Source: Chloroflexota bacterium
GTDB taxonomy: Bacteria > Chloroflexota > Anaerolineae > DTLA01
Direction: 5' to 3'
Assembly (NCBI GenBank): GCA_014360805.1
Contig: JACIWU010000006.1
Span: 8,199-72,198 of the forward strand
DNA: 64,000 bases
Below are positions 45,201 to 54,200 of the stretch, in pieces. How positions within the stretch are numbered: position 1 is the first letter of the stretch; the number at the start of each line of letters is the position of its first letter. The position numbers and the translations under genes are program-made. The notes beneath the pieces are model-generated. The model saw only the letters and a list, made by a program, of their open reading frames with translations. It was not told the DNA's origin and made no database searches.

Positions 45201-48200
45201 CACCCTGACCATCAACAACACGGGCAACGCGCCCGCGGAGCAGACGGTCATCAGCGACACGCTGCCGGCCAACACCACCTGGGCCGACAACATCACCATC
45301 AACCCGCCGTCGGCCGGCGGGACGCCCGGCACGCCGCCCAACATCGTAACCGACCTCACGGTGCCGGTGGGCACGCCGGTTACGGTAACCTTTGACGTAA
45401 CGGTGAACCGCCCGACGCCCAACGGGACGATCATCCGCAACCGCGCCGACGTTTCGGCGTTGGGCGCGCCCACGCCCGTGCTCAGCAACCAGGTCTCGCG
45501 GACGGTCTCCGCGCCGGTGTTTGACATCAGCAAGGTCAGCGAACCGATGACGGTAACCCCCGGCTCGCTGATGACCTACACGATTTACATCACGAACACG
45601 GGCCCCGTGGCCGCCAATGACTTGAGCGTGGTGGACACCCTTGCGCCCTACGTAACCTACGTGCCCGACAGCGCGGGCCTGAAGGTGCCCACCGTTTACG
45701 CCGACGACTTTGAGTCCAACACCTACAGCGGCAACACCGGCAATACCGACTTCGCCAGCAACTGGGTGGAGTCGGGGGATGATGCCTCATCCTCGTCAGG
45801 GAACATCCTTCTGATTTCCAACTTGGGCAGCAGGCGGCTGCGGCTGAACGGCAACGGGACTAGCGCCATGTACATCCGCCGCAACGTGGGGGATGTGCTC
45901 CCGTTCACCGCGCCGCATGTAGCGTTTGACGCTCGGGCCGTAAGTCTTGAGGCGGGCGACACCTTCCGCTTTGATGTGTACGATGGCGCCGCATGGCAGA
46001 TCGTCTACACATGGAGCGGCCCGCTCAGTGAGGCGGGCTACACGACCCGAGACTTTGACATCAGCGGCTACGCGAGCGCCGACCTGCGCATCCGCTTCTG
46101 GGTGAGCAGCGCGAACGACAGCGGCGATTACCTGTACGTGGACAACGTGCGCGTGTACGACGCGGGCACGCCCATTGACCCGCCGCCCAACCTCCTGTCG
46201 GGCTACATGCTGAATGCGGGCGAGGCGATCACGCTCACGTTCAACGTAACGGCTACGTCGCCGCTGACCAACGGCCTGTCCATCGTCAACGAGGCCGGCG
46301 TGTACTGCTACGAACTGCCCGTGCCGCAGTACGTAACGGCCACGAGCACCGTGGACAGCAGCGTGAGTTTGGCCGCCACGAAGACGAGCATTGACCTGAA
46401 TGGCGGCGATGTAACCCCCGGCGACACGCTGCGGTACCAGGTGGTGCTGACGGCCACCGGAGCGGGCATCGCCACGAACACGAGCATCGTGGACCCGCTG
46501 CCGGCCAACACCACCTGGCAGGACAACGTAACGGTTACGCCGCCGGGCGGGGTGGCCGGCTCGCCGCCCAACGTGCTCACCGGCCTGTCGGTGCCGGGCG
46601 GCTCCACGGTAACGGTTACCTATGACGTGCAGGTGAACGCGCCGCTGGCCGAGGGCACGGTCATCACCAACACGGCCACCATCAGCAGCCCGGACATCCC
46701 GGCCGCCCTGACCACCACGGTAACGGACACGGTGCACACGGCGGCGCTGGCCATCTCCAAGGCTGCGGATTCGTCGCCCATTGTGGCGGGCGGGGTGGTA
46801 ACGTACATCATCACCGTGCAGAATACGGGCGCTACGACCGCCACCAACGTGGTCGTAACCGACACGCTGCCGCCGGAAGTTACGTACATCCCCGGCTCCA
46901 CGCTCATCGCCAGCGCCTTCACCTACGCCGATGACTTTGGCTCCGGCGACTACAGCGGCAGCACCGGCACGCAGCCCTGGGCGGGCGCGTGGACAGAGTC
47001 GCCCGCCGACGGTGGGCCGCTGTCGGGCGACATCACCGTCGTGTCCGAGAGCGGGAGTTTGCGCCTGCACGTGAGCGGCACCAGCAAGACCATCCGCCGC
47101 CAGGCCGACATCCGCAGCATGTTCTACCCGGTGCTGGAGTTTGACCGCAAACTGGTGGGCATGGAGAGCGGCGACACTTTCACGCTGGAACTGTACAACG
47201 GCAGCACGTGGACGACCGTGCGCTCGTGGAACGGGCCGGCGGATGAGTCCGGCTACACGCACGAGGTGGTGGATCTCAGCGGCTACAAGGCCAGCAACTT
47301 CCGCCTGCGGTTCGGCAGCGGCCCGGCCAACGCCGCCGATGATCATCTGTACGTGGACAACGTGATCATCTACGACACCGGCGTGCCCGGTAATGCGCCG
47401 CCGGTGCTCACCGATACCCTGTCCATCGGGCCGGGGATGGCGATGAACGTGTCGTTCCAGGGTAACGTCGCCAGCCCGCTGGACAACGGCTCCACCATCA
47501 CGAACCACGCGGGCGCCAGCAGCCAGCAGACGCCGACGCCGGTCCTGGCGCAACTGGTGTCCACGATTTCCAGCGCGCCGGACGTGCAGGTTACCAAGAC
47601 CTCGTTTGACCCCAGCGGCTACCCGCTGCGGCCCGATGAGGTGCTCAACTACACCATCGTCCTCAACAACGTGGGCACGATGAACCAGCACGACAACCCT
47701 GGGTTTGAACTGCTGGACGTCATCCCGACCAACACGACGTATGTGCCTGGGAGTCTGTTCTTCACGTCGGGTTCGGGCGCGTACAACGCCGGCTTGAATC
47801 GCATAGAGTGGGACGGCGCGGTGAACGTGGGCCAGCCGGTAACGGTGTCTTTCTCGGTGCGGACCAACCCGCTCCTGGTGAACGGCACGCCCATCTACAA
47901 CCTGGCGGTGCTGAACTACGACACCGACGGCGACAACACCAACGACGGCACGCGCGCCAGCCCGGTGATTGACCTCATCACCAGCGCGCCGTTCGTGGTG
48001 GCGCACAAGACCTCGGTGGACGTGGACGGCGCGCCGCTGCGCCCCGGCGAGATCATCTCCTACACGGTGGTCTTCACCAACGTGGGAGACATGGATCAAC
48101 TAGACAAGCCCGGCGCCGAGTTCCTGGATGACATACCCGCCAACACGACCTACATCACGGGCAGCAAGTGGGCGTCTTCTGGCTCGGTAACGTACAACAG

Positions 48201-51200
48201 CACGTACAATCGCATCGCCTGGAACGGCAACCTGCCGGTGGGCGTGCCCGTAACAGTGAAGTTCGCCGTGCAGTTGGACAACCCGCTGCCCAACGGGACG
48301 GCCATCGTGAACACGGGCCGCGCCTTCTACGACGCGGACGGCGACGGGACGACCAACGAGGCGGTGGCGCTGGCCGGGCCGATTACCGACACGGTTACCA
48401 GCGCGCCGCGGATTGAGATCACCAAGGATGCGGTGGATGTGAACGGCGCGCCGCTGGAACCCGGCGACGTGCTGGCCTACGACATCACCATCACCAACTC
48501 GGGCAACATGAACGCCGTGGACATGGTGTTCACCGACACCATCCCGGCGCACACCAGTTACCTGTCGGTGGAGAACCTGCCCGCCGGCGCGGTGCTGGCG
48601 GCGACCTCGCCCGAGTTGCGCATCACCAACCTCAACGTGAACGCCGGCACGGCGGTTACCTTCCGCGTGAACGTAACGCTGGACCTGCCGCTGCCCAACG
48701 GCACCGTCATCAGCAACCAGGGCATGCTGGCCTACGACGCCGACGGCGATGGCAGCAATGAGTCGCTGGCGCCGACGGACGACCCGACCACGCCCGCCAT
48801 CAACGACCCAACGGTGCGGACGGTGGTCAGCGGGCCGGTGCTGGTGGTTACCAAGACCTCCAGCGACCTGAACGGCGCGCCGCTCGGTCCAAACGACTTG
48901 CTGCAGTACCAGGTGGTCATCCGCAACGATGGCAAGGCCGATGCGACCAGCGTCGTGGTGAGCGACACCGTGCCTGCCTTCACCACATGGCAGGACGCGG
49001 TAACGATTGACCCGGCGTCGGCTGGCGGCGTCATCGGCGCTCCGCCGCTCATCGTATCGGGCATGACGGTGGGGGCGCAGCAGTCGGTAACGCTGACCTA
49101 CCGCGTGCAGGTGAGCGCGGGCGTGGTGGACGGGACGCCCATCGTCAACCGCGTGCAGGTGCAGTGCGCCGAAGATCCGACCTGGCGCACCGCCGTGCTC
49201 ACGGATACCGCCTACGCGCCGGTGCTCCAGATATCCAAGATTGGCGAGCCGAACCCGGTGGAGGCGGGCGCAGTCCTGACCTACACGATCCTCGTGTCCA
49301 ACACGGGCGGCTACCCCACCGGCAACGTCTCGCTGGCCGACACGCTGCCCGCCCAGGTGGCCTACGTGCCAGGCTCTACGGTGCTGGCGGTTACCACCAC
49401 CTACGCCGACGACTTTGAGAGCATGACCTACAGCGGCAGCACCGGCACCCACGCCTGGGCCAGCAACTGGGTGGAATCGCCCGGCGACGGCGGCCCGCTG
49501 GCGGGCGACGTGGGCATCCTCAGCGAATCGCTGAGCCGCAGGCTCCACGTGAGCGGGGCCAGCAAGTACGCATGGCGGCAGGCCGACCTGATGCCGTTCC
49601 TGAAGCCCACCCTGCGGTTTGATCGCAAGTTGGTGAGCCTGGATGGGCCGAGCGACTACTTCCGCGTGGAAATCTGGAACGGCGTGGCGTGGACGCCGCT
49701 GCAGACCTGGACCGGGCCTGCAGACGACGGCGCGTACTACACCGAGACCTTTGACCTCTCGGCGTTCATCGTGAGCGGCGCGCGCATCCGCTTCCGCAGC
49801 GGCCCGTCCAACAGCGTGGACGATCACCTGTACGTGGACAACGTGATGATCTACGACGCGGGCGTGCCGGGCGGCGCGCCGCCGGTGCTGGCGACCGGCC
49901 TGACGCTCCAGCCGCGCACCACGCTGCGGGCCACGTTCCAAGTGCAAGTGAACAGCCCGCTGCCCAACGGCACGACGCTGGTCAACAGCGCGTCGGTAAC
50001 CAGTCAGCACTTCCCGACGCCCATCGTCGCCACGATGATGAACACGGTGCACTCCGCGCCGAATATCCAGGTGGACAAGACCTCCCTGGATGTGAACGGC
50101 GGGTTGCTGGCGCCCTATGACGTGCTGCGGTATCAGGTGGTCATCCGCAACACGGGCAACGCCGACGCCACGAATGTGAACCTGACGGATGAACTGCCGG
50201 CCTACACGACATGGGTCGGCAACGTGAGCATCTCGCCCGTGTCGGCGGGCGGCATCCCGGGCACGCCGCCCAACGTGGCCACCGGCATGACCGTGCGCGG
50301 CGGCGAGAGCGTAACGGTAACCTACGAGGTGCGGGTCATGCGGCCGGTCATAGACGGCACCGACATCGTGAACACGGCCAGCGTGAGCAGCCTGCAAGCG
50401 CCCGGCCCGTTCACCGATACCATCACCGACACGGTGCACTCGCCCACGCTGCTCATCGGCAAGGGCGGCACGCCGCAGCCGGTGGACGCGGGCGAACTCG
50501 TTACCTACACCATCGCCATCACCAACTCGGGCACGCTGACCGCAACCGGCGTGGTGGTGAGCGACACGCTGCCGCCGCAGATCACCTACGTGCCGGGCAG
50601 TTCCACCTGGAGGCTTGGCGCGACCTACGCCGACACGTTCTCCATCTACAGTTACTCGGAGAACGACGGCACGGTCAACTGGACGAGCAACTGGAACGAG
50701 CAGAACGACGACGGCCTGCCGACCTCGGGCGACGTCGGCATGGTCTGGGACTTGGGGAGCCTGCGGCTGAGCGTGCGGAACGCCAACCGCGCCATCTGGC
50801 GGCAGGCGAACATCAACTACTTCTACCAGCCCAGGGTGCGGTTTGACCGCCGCATCGTGGGGCTGGAGGCGGGCAAGGCCTTCTACCTGGACGTGTACAA
50901 CGGCTCGGTCTGGCAAGTCGCGCAGACCTGGTTCGGGCCGCTGGACGAGGCCGACTACACGACTATCGTCGTGGATCTCACTCCGTACAAGTCCACGGCC
51001 ACCCGGATTCGCTTCCGCGCCGGCACGACGCTGGACTCGGCGGACACGATGTACGTGGACAATGTGGAAATCTACGACGAGGCGCAGGCCGGCGGGTCGC
51101 CCGGCAGCCTGGTAACGGGTGCCACGATCCCGCCCGGCGCGAGCCTGGTGGTGCAGTTGACGGGCCGCGTCGCAAGCCCGCTGCCCAACGGGACCACGCT

Positions 51201-54200
51201 GCCCAACACCGGCTGGGTGCGCTGCACCGAGTGGCCCGATGCCGTGTCGTCCACGTTCAATACGCAGGTGCACAGCACGACGGTGCTGCAGGTTACTAAG
51301 GCGTCGCAGGACGTGAACGGCGGCGATTTGCAACCGGGCGACGTGCTGCGCTATCGCCTGACGGTGGAGAACGCGGGCAACCAGAATCAGGCGGATAACC
51401 CGGGCAACGAACTGGTGGACGTCATCCCAGTCAACACGACCTACGTGCCCGGCTCGGCCACGGCTACCAGCGGCGTGGTCATCTACAACGCGGGCATGAA
51501 CCGCATAGAGTGGAACGGCGCGGTGAACGTGGGCACGCCGATAGAGGTAACCTTTGACGTGCAGGTGAACAACGGCCTGGCCAACGGCACCGTCATCGCC
51601 AACCACGCCACGTCGTACTACGACGCCGACGGCGATGGCTCCAACGAGTCCACGGTGGACAGCAACACGACCGAGGATACCGTCGTGAGCCGCGTTACCA
51701 TCGTCGCCACGAAGGTGTCCGAGGACCTGAACGGCGGGCTGCTGGAGCCGGGCGACACCCTGCGCTACACCATCGGCATCACCAACACCGGCAGCATGGA
51801 TCAGCCCGATTCGCCCGCGCACGAGTTGCAGGACGAGTTGCCGGCGCACACGCACTACGTGCCCGGGTCGCTGTCGGCCACGAGCGGGACCGCGCTGTTC
51901 GTGGAAGGCACCACTATCCAATGGGACGGCGCGCTGCCCGCCGGTGGGGCCGTAACCATCCAGTTCTCGGTTACGGTAGACGAGGGCACGCCCAACAACA
52001 CCGTCATCTCCAACCAGGGCTGGGTGTTCTACGACAGCAACGGCGACGGCCAGGTCAACGAGGACGACACGCCCAAGGTAACCGACGATCCGCGCGTGCC
52101 TGGACCCGACAACCCGACCGAGGACCGCGTGGGCTACGCGCCGCTGCTGCAGGCGACGAAGATCTCCGTTGACCAGAACGGCGGGTTCCTGGAGCCGGGC
52201 GACATCTTGGTATACACCATCGTCCTGCACAACATCGGCAACGCCGCCCTGGTGAACAACGTGGATCCCGAGTTCCTGGACAACATCCCGGCCAATACGA
52301 CCTACCTCGTGGGCACGGCGAGCTGGACGGTGGGTTCGGTAACGCTGAACCCGACCAACACGCAACTGCGCTGGGATGGCACGCTCAACCCCGGCCAGGC
52401 GACGGCCATCACCTTCCAGGTGCAACTGGATTCGCCGCTGGCCCACATGACGCAGATTTGCAACCAGGGCACCGTGTACTACGACGGCGACGGCGACGGC
52501 ACCAACGAGTCCACCGTGCCCACAGACGACCCGCGCACATCGGAGAAGGACGACGCGACCTGCGACACGGTGGTGAGCGGGCCGATCCTGAGCGTGGACA
52601 AGTCGTCCGAGGACGTGGACGGCGGCCAGTTGCTGCCCAGGGACATGCTGCGCTACACCGTAACCATCAGCAACACGGGCAACGACGCCGCCACCAACGT
52701 GGCCATCAGCGACACCCTGCCGCCGGAGGTAACGTGGTTTGACAGCGTGTCGGTCAACCCGCCGTCGGCCGGCGGCACGCCTGGCGACCCGCCGATGGTG
52801 GTAACCGGCATGACAGTCCCGGCGGGGCAGACCGTAACGGTGAGTTATCTGGTGCGGGTGAACAGCCCGCTGCCCAACGGCACGGTCATCACCAACACGG
52901 CGGAGGTCTCGGCCGACAGGATTGAGCCGGTCTCGGCGACGGTTACGGACGTCGTGGCCAGCGACCACATCCTGGCGCTGAGCAAGACCGCATCGCCCAA
53001 GCCGGTGCAAGCGGGCGACCTGCTGACCTACGCCATTGCCTACGAGGTCATCGGCGACGAGCCGGCGCCGCTGGCGGTCATCACCGACCGCGTGCCCGCG
53101 AACACCGAGTTCGTGGACGCGAGCGACGGCGTTACGCCGGTGGGCGGGGTGCTGGTGTGGAACCTGGGGACGCTGCCCGCGCCCGCGACGGGCGAGGTAA
53201 CCTTCACGGTGCGGGTGAACACGCCGCTGCCGCGCGGTACGGCAATCGCCAACACCGCGTACTTCCGCGACCAGGACGGGCGCAGCGCCTCGGCCACCGA
53301 CACCACGCTGGTAACCAGCGACCACAGCCTGGCGCTGGCGAAGCTGGACCTGGTGGATCCGGTGCAGGCGGGCGAATTGCTGACCTACACGCTGACGGTG
53401 GAGGCTACGGGCAACGAACCCGCGACCAACGTCATCGTCTCCGACGGCATCCCCGCCGGCACGACGTTCCACTCGGCCAGCGGCGGCGATTCCATGGAGT
53501 CGCCGCCTGTGGGCCAGCCCGGCATGGTGCGCTGGACGCTGAACACGGTGAACCCGGGCGAGCCGGCGGTGGTAACGTTGACCGTGCGGGTGGACCTGTC
53601 GGTGCCCAATGGCACCAGCATCCTCAACTGGGCCAGCGCCCTGGACGATCAGGGCAAGGGCGCGACGGCCTCGGCGTCCACCCTCGTGGAGAATACCGAC
53701 GTGAGCATCGCCAAGACGGTGGAGCCGGCCACGGTCAAGTCGGGCGATGTCCTCACCTACACCATCGCCTACATGAACGCAGGGCCCGCCGCGGCGCTCA
53801 ACGTGCGCATCACCGACACGCTGCCCTCGGGCCTGACGTTCGGCGGCGTGGTGCACGCGGAGCCGGGCGTGGTCGGGCCGTCGCAGGTGGGCCAGGACTT
53901 CATCTGGTCGGTGGGCACGCTGCCGGCGGGCGCCAGCGGCACGCTGGTGTTCACGGCGACGGTGGACCCCACGGGCGAAACCGAGCGCACGCTCACCAAC
54001 GTGGCGGTCATCGGCACGAGCACCGCCGAGCGGAACTACGGCAACAACACCGCAACGGCCAGCAACACGCTGCGCCAGCAGATCAACGTGCGGGTGAACA
54101 AGCAGTCGTCGGCGGGCGGGTTGGTGCAGCCCGGCGCGGAGATTCAGTACACCGTAACGGTGGAGAACATCGGCGATGGCATCGTGTCGGGCCTGACGAT

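Noticed and set aside
41098-48099. Minus-strand ORFs of 1128 aa (41098..44484) and 767 aa (45796..48099)
   Set aside because: They have the same antisense-artefact composition and lie inside the giant plus-strand gene, whose repeats have clear family signatures.
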